Shown piece by piece: positions 15,012-29,582 of a DNA stretch of 64,000 bases. Source of the DNA: Bigelowiella natans CCMP2755 (taxonomy: Eukaryota > Protista > Cercozoa); contig ADNK01000862.1 in NCBI GenBank assembly GCA_000320545.1, forward strand, positions 62,001 through 126,000, given 5' to 3'. The first letter of the stretch is position 1. Every line of letters starts with the position of its first letter. The position numbers and the translations under genes were made by a program. Below the pieces are notes generated by a model, which ran no database searches, was not told the DNA's origin, and was given only the letters and a program-made list of their open reading frames with translations.

Positions 15012-15580
15012 TGTGTGTGTGTGTTTTTGCTTCCAATTAATTCCCCCACCTTGAGCTCCTTCTCTGCTAGCGGGTTCATCCTTCTCCCAATTTTCTTGAG
15101 AAAATCCAAGGCAATTTCCGGTGATTTTGCCATGTTTACCTTGTAGCACCGTATCAATAGTAAGTGTGTGTGTGTGTGTGTGCGTACGTGTGTGCGCGTG
15201 AGAGAGAGCGGGGCGGGGGGTGGGGGAGAGAGACAGGAGGGGCATTCCAAGCTGCGTGGGTATGCATATACTAGTGTGTTTGTCATTGTGATGACACATC
15301 GCCATAATACCTGAAGCATGTAGTCGGCGTGGGTAGGATAACCTAACAACAAGAAGGAAGAGAGGAAGAAGAAGAAAACACCAGAAGCAGAGGAAAAGAG
15401 GAATGTGGTGACAGCAGCGACGGATAGAAGCTGAAGTAGTAGTAGTCGTAGTACTAGTGCAGTCATCACATTTTTTACATCTATCATAGCAGTAGTAGTA
15501 GTAGCAGTGCCATGGATTAAGTGTCGTGCAAACAAGGAAGGCCAAATGCAAGCTACCGACGTTGCGATTAGCATATAAAT

Positions 15581-15613
<33 letters not shown>

Positions 15614-15672
15614 CCAAAATTGTTGCTTTTTCGTGGCGGAGTTTCACCATCCTGTCGTAGTGATAATGTGTA

Positions 15673-15713
<41 letters not shown>

Positions 15714-15746
15714 GTGTGAGGGCTCTCATATCTGCACGCTTCCCTC

Positions 15747-15794
<48 letters not shown>

Positions 15795-16430
15795 CCCTTC
15801 CCTCCTCTTTCTTTGCTAATTTCCATTTCCCCCTTGAAGATCTTGCGGCAGCACATCATGGTGGTAGTGAGGAGGCATTATTACTCTTCGATGAGGGGAG
15901 TGTTTTGTTCCTTGCAGCGCGACTTGAAAGCGGTGCAGACCCTCTTACGGGTGGACGAGTTCTGAGCGTTGTGATAAACAACATATGCAGAGTAAGGAAA
16001 CGAGCATTACGCAGGGCAAAATCCACCCAAATACGTGACTACACGATGAGACTGAATTGTTCTCAATCTTTCGTTGTTTTCTTTCGGCTCTCCTTTCTCC
16101 CCCCCCCCCCCCTCTCTCTCTTACCGTGACGAATTCCATAACAGGGAAATAGTCGGGGTATGCTAGCGTGACAATGAACTTCCCGCCTACACCGTTTTGA
16201 GTAGGAAGTAAGCAGCTTTTTGAGAATATGCGTAATACATATTTAGACGTGTTGTGCATACATCAAAAACAATAGCACGAACATACAGAGGGAGTAGGAG
16301 GGAGGGGGAGGGAGAGAGAGAACGTACTGGAGTCCTTCTTTAAGCGGGTCAAATTGGCCTTGGGCAGCCTTTTGCCAAGATGAGTAGAAGGAGAGTAGAG
16401 AGAGACGGAGGAGGAAAAGAGTAAGAGAGT

Positions 16431-16463
<33 letters not shown>

Positions 16464-16770
16464 GACGAGGGTGTGTCAGTGGGGAATGTATCACTATTCT
16501 GCATTATGATGATGATGATGATGATGATAGGGAGGAGGAGGAGGAGGAGGAGGAGGAGGAGGAGGAGACATTCGTTAGAATGATTCATCTATGCGTGATG
16601 ATTATTTATGCTTCGACTTACCCAGAGAGCTCCTCTTCAGAGAACAGCAGCTTTGTAGACTCCTCATTAAGGTTTTGCATGTATTGTGTGGAAAGTTCTG
16701 TTGCTCTAAAGGAAAGAAAGGAGGGAGGGGAATGAGGAGACATTGTGCTAGTACACACATACACACACAT

Positions 16771-16827
<57 letters not shown>

Positions 16828-16962
16828 GAGAAGCACCTCAATTGGATCTCCTTCACACGGTCCTCCTTCACCTATACACATGATTAGTGCACAAAGCAAA
16901 ATGCGGTGTTTGCATCACCATAATCACCATCATCATCTTTAGCCCACCACCACCACTACCAC

Positions 16963-16996
<34 letters not shown>

Positions 16997-17076
16997 TTTA
17001 GTCCATCATCTTCGTGGTCTTGCCTTGTTGTCGAGATGTAATCCGAGCCTACAAGGAGGGGAGGAAGAGCGAGATG

Positions 17077-17114
<38 letters not shown>

Positions 17115-18021
17115 CATTTTCGAAAAATGAACATTACAACGTCATATGTGTGTCGTGTGTCTTTGTATATGTGCGCGTGCGTGCGTGGTATATATGATGT
17201 AGTCCTGATTGAAGGACATAAAGAAGAGTAAGTTGATATCAACGTAGTAGCACCGTTTCTGGTCACGTATCGTGTGCTCAAGAAGTCGTCGTTCCTCAGC
17301 TAACAAGAAGCAAAGATACACACTGATGAAGAGAAGGCCAAGGAAAACATGAATATTGAACTACATCTCGAGAGCAGCAAAAACAATATTCTAACCCCCC
17401 CCTCTTTATTATTCTTTCTCTTCAGGATCTCTTCTTCTTATTGGTATTATCATCAAGGTTCGTCTTCGTGCGCCACTAATGAGGGTAGTATGACCACATC
17501 TGAGAGCCACTTGCTTGTTTTCAACTTTTTCTTGCAGTGCCATAGATACCTAAAGGAACATCTTTGTCGTTAGTAGCAGCAGCAGTAAGTAGCAGGGTAG
17601 TTTCAGTACATTACTTCCTAGTCCTACTAGGCATGCTTACTACAGTATGTGACAAATGCGAGTTGAGTGCAGCCCAATATCCACTTTTCTTCTTCTTCTT
17701 CTTCTTCTTCTTCTTCTTCTTCTTCTTCTCAAACCAACATCAAATCGACATCGTCATCATCGTCATCGCCATCAGTGCGCTGCTGCCGCTGCTGCATGGC
17801 TCTTCTTGCATTCGTACTACAATTTCTTGCTACCGTGTAGAACTCCTTCCTCATTGACTGGCGTATGTGGAACTTGCTCATTCGCTAAGTGAGGAGGAGG
17901 AGGAAGAGAATGACGAGGAAACACGGCTCATATTTTGAAATATCATTTCGTGAGGACATATCGTTTGAGTCCCCGTCAGATTGAGAATGAATGTGCATGA
18001 ACACCTACTATTTGAAAATAA

Positions 18022-18060
<39 letters not shown>

Positions 18061-18569
18061 AAACACCTCTGCCGCAGTTGCAGAGATATCACGAAGGGCC
18101 TTGTCTGGTGACACCTCCTTTAGCACCGTCACCGACGTATCCAAGGGATCTATCATTGTGTGGAGGAGGAGGAGAAGGAGGAGGAGGAGGAGGAGGTGTG
18201 TTACCGATGTCTGACCCTCCACTAATGCTACTATTACGCAGTACTACTTCGATCGCAGCATGCTGATAATACGAGGCAGTACCCAATCTCGCCTCGATGG
18301 CACTAAGTCTCAAAAGGGAGTTCTCAACCGTCACTTTTTCTGGCGTCTCTGCCAACATTGCAACTTCATCGTACACCTGTCAGTTGTTGTTGCTGTTGTT
18401 GTTGCTGTTGTTTGATCTAATGCTACAGTTCCTCCCACTGCAGGAAGCAATGGTAGTAGTTACGTTTTAAAAAAGAAGAGGGGGAAAGGAAGGGGGGGGG
18501 GAACACTGTTCTGCAGACTAATATGGTGCAATATGTTTTGAGCACATCTAGACATACAGTAGCATATTT

Positions 18570-18603
<34 letters not shown>

Positions 18604-18879
18604 GCCCTCCTTTCTGTGCGTAAGTGTGTGTGTGTGTGTGTGTGGAACCTGCTGCCTTCGGGCAATGAGCTCGTCGGCCAGGCTTGCGACTGAGGTGATT
18701 GGTGAGAACGATGATGACAGCGGTGATAATGGTGACTATCAAAATGCTAATACGAAACTTTTGAGAGATTATGTTAACTGGTTTGGAAGGAGTATTAGCT
18801 CAAGGAGATGAGAGAGGGAGGATGGGAAAAAGAATTGCGCAACCACCTGCTTCAGGAGAGAGGCCGAGACGAAGGCCAT
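10762..18879 (-). CDS. Thimet oligopeptidase / neurolysin-like metallopeptidase (family M3A), many exons
   Basis: FFHEFGHVMHQICS (HExxH, ~12920-12950), DFVEAPSQMLENW (~12540-12575), FYLDLHPRPG (~13890-13920), KYGHACCMGLQ, YDARYYGYMWAEVFSADMF (~11125-11180), C-terminus DFLGREPNEDAFLKQKGVE-TAG at 10762. Probable start MAFVSASLLKQ at 18879. Confidence 0.93.
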
Positions 18880-18924
18880 TTGGGTAGGATGTCGGCTCAA
18901 TCTCGCTGATGGTATTGAAATGTG

Positions 18925-18984
<60 letters not shown>

Positions 18985-19215
18985 CTCCCCCCCTCCCCCA
19001 TCTCTGCTAAACAAGCAGTTACGTCTATCTGTTATGTCATCGTCATCACCAAATCCAGGTTTGGAAATCTTCAAGGTTCATTCTAGCAGCTTTTGCAGCC
19101 AGCTCTTGGAAAGTGCCCTGTACAGATCAATCATTTATAATCCAATCAACACTCAATCTACTAAGATCCGACTAAGGTGTACGAATTTATGGGTACGCTA
19201 ATTTTTTGCGACAAC

Positions 19216-20074
19216 CTATTCCCACTTCGCATCACTAGCGTCGCAATTTGAATAAAAACTAGGTAGTTCTGGTAGTCCACAACCTTCACGTTCTTCTTTG
19301 AGCCGAGGATTGCCTTATAGCTACGGCACAACACCTATGCACATGCAGAGGGATCGGTGGAGGTGAATAGTAAAGGAAAGTGAAGGATCAAAAGTGAGTC
19401 GTAACAATCAACGGAAGCTGTGAATCACGCAACACCGAAACACATGCTCCGCAACAAACGTATCTTCTGTTGCACCTCCTTTCTGAATGTAGAGAGCTTC
19501 CTCTTCGCGTCAGACAGGTATCGGTATGCGCATAGGCATGTTACCCCCACGGAGGCCAAGCTAACCTGCGAATGTGTGCCAATGTGAGAAATTCCTTGGG
19601 TAAAACTTTGGTGAGACGGGTGCCAATGCGGATTTTCTTCCGAATGGTGAAGTGTGAGAACTGACAGGTTGCTTGGAGGATAGGTATGTGTGTTCGTGTT
19701 ATGACAAAGGATATACCATTGATCTAGCGGTGTCTTTGTTCATTGTTGCTAGTAGGAGCGCGTGTTTCGGGATCGTTGAGGGGTGTGGGCAGTGCGTGTC
19801 CGTTGGTATGGTGGTTCTCGATGCCTCAAGTGCCCAACCTGAAGCTGAGATGCGCAAGCTATTTTAGATGTTTCCGGTGTGAATAATTGTCTAGAATACA
19901 TATCATATCCTCTCGCAGCCATCAGATTGTTGACGTAGGGATTAAATGGCCTGGGTTTCGGATCAAAAGTGTCCCTTTGCGCCTACGGGCCAGGTCCGAA
20001 CAGGTTAGGTTGCAGCGCTTTGGATTTGGTGGGGGTAGGTAAGGGGAAGGGATCTAGGAATTGATTTGCAATCA
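19216..20074 (-). CDS. Possible small hypothetical protein
   Basis: Exon-like segments with GT-AG ends: VSLASVGVTCLCAYRYLSDAKRKLSTFRKE (~19476-19565) splicing in phase to AILGSKEEREGCGLPELPSFYSNCDASDAKWE-TAG (19216). 5' exons not resolved. Confidence 0.3.
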
Positions 20075-20176
20075 TGAAAGAATAAATTATATATATTCGA
20101 TGCTTTGTTTGCAGTGAAAGCATCTTGTGTGTGTAACAGCATTCATTCGTAGCGGTGGACGTTTGCAAAGGTTGCG

Positions 20177-20613
20177 ATGAGCCTCAGGAACCTCAAACAC
20201 CATGAGAAGAAGCTTCTCAAGAAGGTGCGTCCAAAGTTTGGAATTCCTAGTCAATAAAATTGAAACAATCTTCACCCTTTCTCTGCATTTTCTCCAACAA
20301 CTTAATGACAGGTGGACTTTCTTCAATGGAAAACCGATGACAGCCTTCGAATTACCAAGATACTGCGAAGGTAAGATACGCAAAGATGAAGGAGAACATG
20401 TTAATGAGAATAGGAATTATAGAGGAGGAGTTCAGATCGTATAAGAGAGGCGGGGAGGGGAGGGGGGAGGGGATAATAAACATAATGATCTCCTCTATAC
20501 CTAGGTATCATATACAGAAAAGGGAAGATTACGTCAAATATAACAAGTAAGATGCAAGCTTCAACCCCCTATTTCCCCTCCCCCCCTCTTCCTTCCTCTT
20601 CCTTTATGCATGC

Positions 20614-20653
<40 letters not shown>

Positions 20654-21798
20654 TGTACATTGTCTTGAAGTGACTTCCATTTGTACATAGAATTTGTGGC
20701 CTGATCAAGAAAGTTGCGCTGAAGATTAAGTACGTGAATGGATTATTATTAGCCTGATGTGGTGGTTTATTTTGAAAAAGACAGCTTTTCACAAAATATT
20801 CATATAAATGAGTGAGGTGATCTGATTTAATTTAACGCGTTTAGGAAATTGAACCCCAAGGACCCCTACCGCGTCAAGTCAACGGAGCAGCTTGTCAACA
20901 AGCTGTAATATCTCTGATACACATATATTCATACATTATTGATTAATATTAAACATATATGTGTGTTTATGAATGTGTGCGATTGTGTGTTTGGGCTATT
21001 TATCGCTTCTCTCAAGGTATAACATGGGTTTGGTAACAACGAAGAAAAGCCTTCAGGTTTGTCCGTTTCATCTTTTCCTCAACCTTCTTTCCGAAAAAAT
21101 TAAATCGAAGTTGTAGAAGGGAGAGAGATAGAGGAAATCGTGATATAGCAAGGAATCCGTGCCTGATACCAAACAATACCCAGGTGTGCGACAAGATCAC
21201 TGCCTCAGCCTTCTGCCGGTATCTTCTACAACAAAAGATTAAAAAAAAAAAATAGTGTAAAGCGCGACAGTTGATTGATATTATGATGAGTAGGCGGCGA
21301 TTACCTGTGGTGATGGTGCGGTTAAAAATGGCGGAGACCCTCAGAGAGGCTGTCACCTTCATTGAACAGGTGGAAATTGTCGTCTTCTTTCATCAATTTG
21401 TACAAAACCATCAATATTCACCTATCCCGCCTAATATAACCAGGGGCATGTACGTGTGGGTCCAGAAACAGTGACGGACCCAGCATTCTTAGTCACAAGG
21501 TAAACAAGTTGTTCCTCAAAGTCGTCTAGTACAGTAAGAAGATAAATTCCTTCTAGAGAGAGGTGTGCATACGCAATACTGTATTAATTAGGAGTTTCGA
21601 GGACCACGTAACCTGGGTGGACAACTCTAAGATTCGAAGAACGATTATGAAGTACGTGTTCGTGGATTCAAGCACGCTTTGCAATGTCTCTCACTTAGTC
21701 TTCTTGTGCGTGTATGCGCGTATATGTGTTTTGTGTGTGTGTGTGTGTGTTGTAGGTACAATGATAAGCTGGACGATTATGTTCTTCTTGGAAATTAA
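20177..21798 (+). CDS. IMP3: U3 snoRNP protein Imp3 (S4-domain 18S rRNA processing factor)
   Basis: MSLRNLKHHEKKLLKK|VDFLQWK...REDYVKYNK...ITASAFCR|RRLPVVMVRLKMAETLREAVTFIEQ|GHVRVGPETVTDPAFLVTR|SFEDHVTWVDNSKIRRTIMK|YNDKLDDYVLLGN-TAA. Confidence 0.96.
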
Positions 21799-21899
21799 TA
21801 ATGATTTCTTATTCGTCTTGCATGTACATAAATGGGCAAAAATTTCCAGTTCATGTGATGAAGATTGCACCAAACTAGAAAGCATATAAATGTAAAAAC

Positions 21900-22730
21900 A
21901 CATGCTACATGGCTCTGCTGATACGGCTACGTAGCCCATTAGCTCTGCGAGAGAGAAGTGCCAGGCGCTATCGATGCGTGTGCGTGCGCATGATTATGCT
22001 CTAGATCTAGAGATGCCCGAGCATGCGATGCTAGCATGTGACTCTATAGATGCTATGTGTCATGCAGCAGTGCACTACATCGCAAATGAATATGATGAAG
22101 CTATAACCGTAGCACCATTACGATGCTGCCGTCGACTGCTGCATGCTGTTATCTAGCAGGTAATGATGATAGACGACATGTATATACATGCGTGCTGGCA
22201 CAATATGATGCCTATGCTGTATACTAGCGCTGGCTAGCTGGCGGTTGTATAGAGCCAGCTAGCTAGTTGTAGCCAGATCTGTAGAGATTCTATAGGATGC
22301 ATCATAGGTCTAGCGGTTACAATCTAGCTAGCTAGCCACCAGGCTTGCACGGCATTGAGTTTCGCTACGACTTGTTAGCCACGCACGCGTTTGATTACTT
22401 ACACTCATGATGCAGAGTAAGTTAGTAGCGATATGTAATTGAAACTAGATACACCTAGATTTCTTTTTAATGTGCATCAGGAGGCACTTGCTAGCTTGCT
22501 TATTTGTGTCATATGTATGTATCAGCTTATTATGCGTGTGCGCATGTATATATCTAGAGATTTTTGTAAGACCGCTTGCTATGAAAAAAGTTGCGTGCAT
22601 GTAGACACACTCATTATGATGCAGTATCGTAAGTTGTTACTATGTAGAGCTCTACTTGATCTGGTCACGCATGGAGTTGCGACTAAGCACTGCATGATCG
22701 ACACAAACATCAATCTAGATGCTCTGGTCC
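21900..22730. repeat. CTAG/CATG/AGCT-rich intergenic tract between convergent IMP3 and UBC13
   Basis: Many ctag, gctagc, tctaga and gcatgc words; TpA also retained in other contexts. Confidence 0.6.
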
Positions 22731-22731
22731 A

Positions 22732-22834
22732 TTACAACAGAAAAGGATGAACCTCCACCTTCGCATACTTTTTGACCCTGAGATTTTATCACAATTTATG
22801 GTTTTCATCACTTTTAAGGAATAATAGACACAGC

Positions 22835-22892
<58 letters not shown>

Positions 22893-23648
22893 GCATGTCT
22901 ATCATAGGATAAACGACAGTTTAATAAATTAAACGGACGGCTAAAGCCCAGAAAATACCATGCTTTTGCGGTATCGTTCGCTGCCTTCTCGTTCTTTTTC
23001 CAGTGGTCGGCGATTTTGTTATCAAGCGGGTCGTCAGGATTAGGAGCAGAGAGCAGCAATTGCAGACTAAGGCAGACCTGGAGAAAATAATTCAGAGCAT
23101 AGAATTCGTGATTCCTTTCATCGCGGGAAGTTGGAAACGAATAATACTACTCTACTTCAAAAGATGTCGCTACCAACAGAAACAGATCTGCCATTTTCGT
23201 CAGGGAAAAAATCAACAAAAGTAATATCCCCTTCATCCCATTGAAGAAAGCAATCCCGCGGAAAATCACGGCAGCGTTTTCAGAGGTAATGAAGCACCAC
23301 CGCAGCAAATAGGTGTGCGATATGGTGTAATCCATTTCCTACCTTGTCAATCTGCAATGCAGGGCTCCATTTATCCTTCAATATGTCGAGACAGATACGA
23401 CCGAGAGCGTCCACGTTTGGATGATAAATGTTAGTGAGAAAGCGAACCTGAGGTGGGACCATGGGATACTCCCCCGGCAGAAAAAGTTCAAGGTGGAACT
23501 TTCCGCCCTCATACGCCGAGTCTGACGGCCCATCAATCGTGATGCGAAAGTGTCGTGGGTTGTTCGACATTGGAACCGCTATGATTCCACTGATGCTGTT
23601 CTTTTCCAGCCTTGCCGTCTCGCGCATAATCCGCTTAGAGAGCGCCAT
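22732..23648 (-). CDS. UBC13: Ubiquitin-conjugating enzyme E2, Ubc13/UBE2N type
   Basis: [14 protein letters not shown]...[55 protein letters not shown]|...[11 protein letters not shown]...AKAW|VKKYA; HPN motif and active-site Cys intact. Confidence 0.93.
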
Positions 23649-23805
23649 AGTTATTTCGGAATTTAACAATTAAACCTGGTGGTTGGAAATGATTGAAATT
23701 AATGAGTATAAGGGTCTAATGATTTGAAGGATTCAGATGTTGCAAGTAGCAGTGTACAGTAGTACCACACACACGCTCACGCACATGAACACCTTCCCAT
23801 TGTCT

Positions 23806-23844
<39 letters not shown>

Positions 23845-23974
23845 AACATACACCACCACACCACACGCTGCCAAAAACAATTTTCTTAGCTGCACCATCA
23901 CAAATTCATGAAGGAAAAGATACATCAAAACCAAGAATTAATGAATTAGCGCATGCGCGCTTTTGTTTAAAATA

Positions 23975-23990
23975 TAATATATATACATAT

Positions 23991-24069
<79 letters not shown>

Positions 24070-24070
24070 C
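23975..24070. repeat. (TA)n microsatellite, one of many intronic/intergenic SSRs of (CT)n, (CA)n, (TA)n, (CAT)n, (TAG)n, (GAG)n and poly-G type
   Basis: Direct reading of the run of ta repeats. Confidence 0.95.
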
Positions 24071-24841
24071 ATCTAAATTAGTATTTCTTGCCTCTACATT
24101 CATTCAAATGAGTGAAACTAATCTCTCAATTCGATTGGAAGATAGACAAGGCAGAAATGAATTGAATTCATGATCACGGAAAGACCAGCAGAGGAAGGTC
24201 CCACGCTGGGAATCCGTGATGGAAGGCGTTTATTACAATTTGATCGACAAAAGATAAAAATAATAAGAAGAAGGGGATACGAACCGTAAAGTTCTGGAGT
24301 TCGAAGTATGAAGGGGTGGTACAAAGGAGCGGAGGGAAATGGGATCCTCCTGAGCCTGCACGAAGTTTCTCGAAGCAAGCCTCTTAGATATAAGTTGCAA
24401 AGATGCGAGATGCGAAGTTGATTCTAATGCTGTTATCATCCTATAACGACATGGAAGGACCGGCTCAAAATGCTTTTTGGAAGGCACTTGCCGCACCATA
24501 AAATTTCGGCATGAGTCAGAATTAGGTTGAGAAGAATTTCCGAATCAAATATCGAACTCACCGCAGATCCATTTTCCAAAGAAATTGTGAATATTTTGAT
24601 GATGCGACTTCGGATTACGTTTACCTGATCCCCGTCTCGCAACTCTTTCGACAAAGGACGATTCTGAGCAAAGCCAAATTCAGAAAATAATCTATCGGGT
24701 TGACATCTGAATTCTGAAATTAGTTGCCAAATTTCGTACTTTCGAGCCTAATCTCCGATATTATGATGACGTAGGATTAAAATGCAGGCGAATTCTTTCT
24801 CTGATCAAAATTGATCAACTTGAAGTCCCCTTCGGTGTACA

Positions 24842-26201
24842 ATGTTCCGGCCTCGTCATGGCATTTCCACTCTGATGTTCCTCTTAGTAATCCTTCATGA
24901 CTCGACCATCGTGAAGACCACAGGGAAGAAAAGGACAAGACAGCATGATACTTCAAATTATGTTGTTGATCTGCAGCCTATGCGATTGAATTATATCGAT
25001 GAATCCTGCAATGACGGTAGTTGCAGTATAACCCCTCTTCAACCACCTTTCAACGCGAAAGATTTTTTTTAAAAACAATTTTACTGATTTCTTGGTAGGA
25101 TCGAAGGCCGGATTTTACTTTCGCCCGAGCGCGAATTCAAAGGCGGGTCTTTGGGTGGTCTTCCTTGAGGGAGGAGGGTGGTGCTATGATAAGGTTTGAC
25201 AGGACATATAGATAACATTCTTCACCTTCTACATTTTATGGTATTCTGTAAACTACCTTATCTTCTTACTAGGTATATCGTACGAGATACATCGCTCATC
25301 TGCACACATATTGCATACTATGTGAATGTGTTTTTTTTGTATTTGAAAAAGGAATCTTGTGCCACCAGATTCGCCAGTGCTAGTGGACTCATGTCCTCGA
25401 AGAATTGGGAATCAACAAAGCAGGAAAGCAAAGGCAATCCACAGCGAAATCGAAATCGAGTCCACTTGCTGTCGCTTGCTTACTGAATAGTTCCTGCATC
25501 TCTCTCGTTTGCATGTTGCCACATTCTTCACATGTTTCAGGAATTCTCTCTCAAGACTGTGCCGTCAATCCAGGATTCTGCGAAGCTAATCACGTGTACG
25601 TGCGCTACTGTAGCAGCGACGGGTGGAGCGGGGACCGAATGGAGAAGAGCGATATTGGTTTCTCGTTCAGAGGAGCGCGAATTGTCGACGAGTTGATAAC
25701 AACACTTACCACTAATGCAAGCTTCGGGCCAATGGACCCCTTAGAAGCAAAGGTTGGTAGCATATCACAAAACCACGAACTCCTATCACACCCGTTGCGC
25801 CTGAGACGATGCATGCCTCCTCATTTTTTCCCCCTCGAAAAGGTACTTTTCACCGGGTGCTCAGCCGGAGGGAGGGGTGCGATGTTCAACATGGATAGAG
25901 TGAAGTCCAGACTTCCGAACGCGTAGGATTTATCCCTTCCTAGTTTAATATATAGCTTTCCCAACAGACGATCGCAAAGGGTCTGTAAAACCTCACCTCT
26001 CTATGATACTAACATCTCAGATACGGCCTCTTTGACTCCGGTGCTGCACGAATACTCAAAAATGCACACGCGCATATCTTGTACACATATGCGCGGATAA
26101 GAACATGAGAGGGAGTATACATGCACGGGCACCACGCCTACTCAATATTCATTTATTAAGTGCACTGATACGTTCATACATGTCTCAAAATCTATGTATT
26201 T

Positions 26202-26265
<64 letters not shown>

Positions 26266-26982
26266 ATAAATCGCATCTGAGCAGGTTGGTGGCTAACTAT
26301 CGATCCGATGGCGAGAAATAGCTCACACATAAGCCTCGTACAGCAAGCACAGCTCGGGTGAGCACTAACATTCGACGGGGAATCTTAATCATGACCATAT
26401 GATGCTTGGTTTGCTCCGTATTAACAGTAGCAAAGCTACTCTGCTCATGATGATCTATCTCTCAGCTACGACTTGTACAACGCTTCATTGGACGAATCAT
26501 GCTTGGCTTCACAGATTCCCACGGTTAACAACAACTGTCAAACAACAAAGCCACAATAAGTAGTTGGTAGAAGGCTGTTCATGATTGGTCGACTTGCATA
26601 TATCTCTGCTATACTCATGTGGGATACGTGCTGGTTTTGATTCTGTAGGAGAGGTGGAAATGCTTTTTCGCACTCATCACGCTGCCATTTGTTCAGACCC
26701 CAAGCTTGTCACAAGTCTTCCAGTAATTTACTCTCCTTTTCCCTCGTCCATTCGAACACCGAAATGTATCAGTCACAAATAGTATTCATGCTGCGTACCG
26801 CTCCTTCCGTTGATATGTTGGACCTCTTGATATGCCCGATCTCCCTCGTACGCAGGTATGACAAGTTCCAGCTCTCTGAGGATACGGGAGGGTAAGCGAT
26901 TCTGTGCGGCGAGGGAATAAAAAAAAGTAGAGGAGGGGGAGGAAGATGCTGCTGAATCGCAACTCGGATTGGTTAGTAAGTA

Positions 26983-27018
<36 letters not shown>

Positions 27019-27116
27019 GGGCAATTAGGTTAAAACCCCCATATGATAAAGAGGCAGCGGCCTATGCAGAGCAATTCAGGTTAGCAACACGATTGTACAT
27101 TGTACATAGATAGAAA

Positions 27117-27186
<70 letters not shown>

Positions 27187-27766
27187 ACTAAATCCAAACT
27201 TCTTTGAATGTATATCGCGACGACTTATGCCACCCCCTCTTGTTCCTCCCTCCCTCCCTCCCATTTATTATCCTAAAAAAAGGAGCGCCATGATGCAGTC
27301 CTTCGCTACTGTTGCCGATCGTCGTTCCCACAACGATAATAATGACGACGACACTGGTAATAACCTGCTGCACCTAAATAAAGCTCTCATTACCGTTCTA
27401 TTATCGTAATCTTCCTCCTCCTCCTCATCCCTAATAATGTAACTAAACAGGTCGAATCAGCATCTATAGCCCTGCCTGTTACGATCATTGCTCTATCGAA
27501 TCGTCGCGCTTCGCTCTAACTCGGCCTATAGCACCAGGAGGAGGGGGAAACGGCTCCTCTCCCACTCTTAGCGAGCTTGTTACAGAATGGTTCTTCAATG
27601 TAAGTAAATATCTGCTCCCCTTTCCCTGGTGCGGACCTTTAATAAAAAAATCTCCAATCATAAGGTATCATCATCCCGGCGAAGCAGCGAACATGTAGAA
27701 GCAATGGACTCTCAGATACGGATCATCGATGCGTGCAATAGCTTCAACTGTTCTCATTCATGCTGA
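24842..27766 (+). CDS. Secreted pectinacetylesterase / Notum-family carboxylesterase
   Basis: Hydrophobic N-terminus; CNDG|SKAGFYFR, WVVFLEGGGWCYD, GILSQDCAVNPGFCEANHVYVRYCSSDGWSG, VLFTGCSAGGRGA (GxSxG nucleophile), YSPACYDHC, C-terminus IIDACNSFNCSHSC-TGA (27764-27766). Confidence 0.92.
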
Positions 27767-27819
27767 GAGTGCAGAACGTAGGCCTCTTATTTATTTCATT
27801 CGAATAGAGATCTGAGTGA

Positions 27820-28400
27820 GAATATGTAGCAATCTAGCAATCTTTATGTGCCTGTACGTGTTTGGTTCTGCTATTACGTGTGTGTGTGTGTGTGGTAATA
27901 TTGAGCGGCAGCTGCTATCTTAGCGCAGAATAGTGTGTCCGCATCTAGCAGACATGCCAATCGCTAGCGCAAGTCAATCCATGGTTGCATCGGCTGCATA
28001 GCTAGATAGGTGCATTTTCTCAAATATGTACAGCTAGCCAGGCGGGTTGCTATACCCGCCAACATATGTATCTTATATGTTACGAGCTAGCGAGCCTATA
28101 ATGTGAGCCTAGCTGGTGTATAATGTCATTGCGTTATTGCGCGACTATAGACACATTATATATTATATTGTTGCGGTGGTGCCATGCGCACGATATAATA
28201 ACACATAAGTTGTAATGGTGCATGCATAGCTAGATCCAGCTAGAGATGGTTTTGCGACTGCTATACATGCTATAACGTCATATTGTTAGCAGGCGCACAT
28301 CCATAAGTTTTTCATCAGTGATATCATGGTGACAAGTTGGAAATCGATATCAATCGTTACACACGAGACGCTTCAGCCATGTTGCATGATCGAGCCATAA
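27820..28400. repeat. CTAG/AGCT/TATA-rich intergenic tract between convergent esterase and EHD genes
   Basis: Same palindromic word composition as 7370-8110 and 21900-22730. Confidence 0.55.
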
Positions 28401-28504
28401 ATCCATCCACACAACACCTAGCTGTTGCGCCACACACGACAGTCACATGGTATATTAGTATTGATGCAATGCACTGGCAGCGCATCATCTTCCAGCAACG
28501 TCAT

Positions 28505-28655
28505 CTATACATCATCTTTCGTCGCTTCATTTCCCAGCCTCTCGAACAAGCAAGGCATCTCATCAATCAGCAACTTATCCATGGCTTCTACGTAGCTGTG
28601 GGATTTAAAATCGAATGGAAAATGAGTTAAGATGATCGATGACAACACGCACGCA

Positions 28656-28709
<54 letters not shown>

Positions 28710-29549
28710 GACATGCCGAGCTATTTGTCTTCTACAATCACTACCCCGTCTGCAGGCGAGAAAATTCCCAGAGCTTCACTTCCAATTGCTCTATCGAACG
28801 GGCGAAGCTTTGTGTCGCATAACAAGCAATACGCAAGAAGTAAGACATCCCAACGTAACAACCACAACAAGCCTTGCAGAAGGTCACCGAAGAAATGGAA
28901 AATAGGCGCTCCGGACTACCTTTCCGGATCTGGGAAGTCTCCAATGTGAATAGCATGTTGCTTTGCCAACTTACTAAACGTCTGCCGGAGGGCCTCCGGT
29001 CTTAACAACGCTTCCTAGGTGAATAATTGAATAGAGGTGGGGTGCCGTCGAGAATGAGTAGGAGGAAAGTCCCTGAGTCTCCTCACTCGACCGAGAAGGT
29101 TGAAATGAGAGACGTAGAGAGAGGGTGGGGAGATCTTAAGTAGGGGTAGGTGCGACCTGCTGTTGCTCCCGCGACTGCATGGAAAGAATGGTGAATTTGT
29201 TACAGAGCGAATCGCACACAATGGAATGCACCTAACGATTATGACGACGACGATGAGAATGATTATGATGATGATGATGATGATGACGAGATCGATGAGG
29301 CGGAAAATTGGAATGCTTCTGCACATATTGTTCTATCAGTTGTTGTCGGTCGACTTTAACATGGCGAAGCCTCTTGGCGAATTCGTTGATTTTCCGGATG
29401 GTGGAGTTTTGAGGCAGTGATTTGATGTCACCCATGAGGCTCTTTTTCTCCGCATCAAAGAGATCTGCGAGCTCCGTTCTGCGAACACAAACAACGAAGA
29501 AGTACGCATCCTCACACTCTGTGTGCTGTAGGTTGCAGTGTGGCAAGAG

Positions 29550-29582
<33 letters not shown>

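Noticed and set aside
3758-19201. Numerous ORF-track entries with poly-HT, CV, SL, ER, YI or poly-Y/S/L runs
   Set aside because: Translations of intronic microsatellites, not proteins.
19300-20050. Structured ncRNA (U3, RNase P/MRP) next to IMP3
   Set aside because: No recognisable box or conserved-region motifs; minus-strand exon-like segments explain part of it.
24100-24720. Small gene between UBC13 and the esterase
   Set aside because: Short ORFs without recognisable motifs or a consistent splice path.
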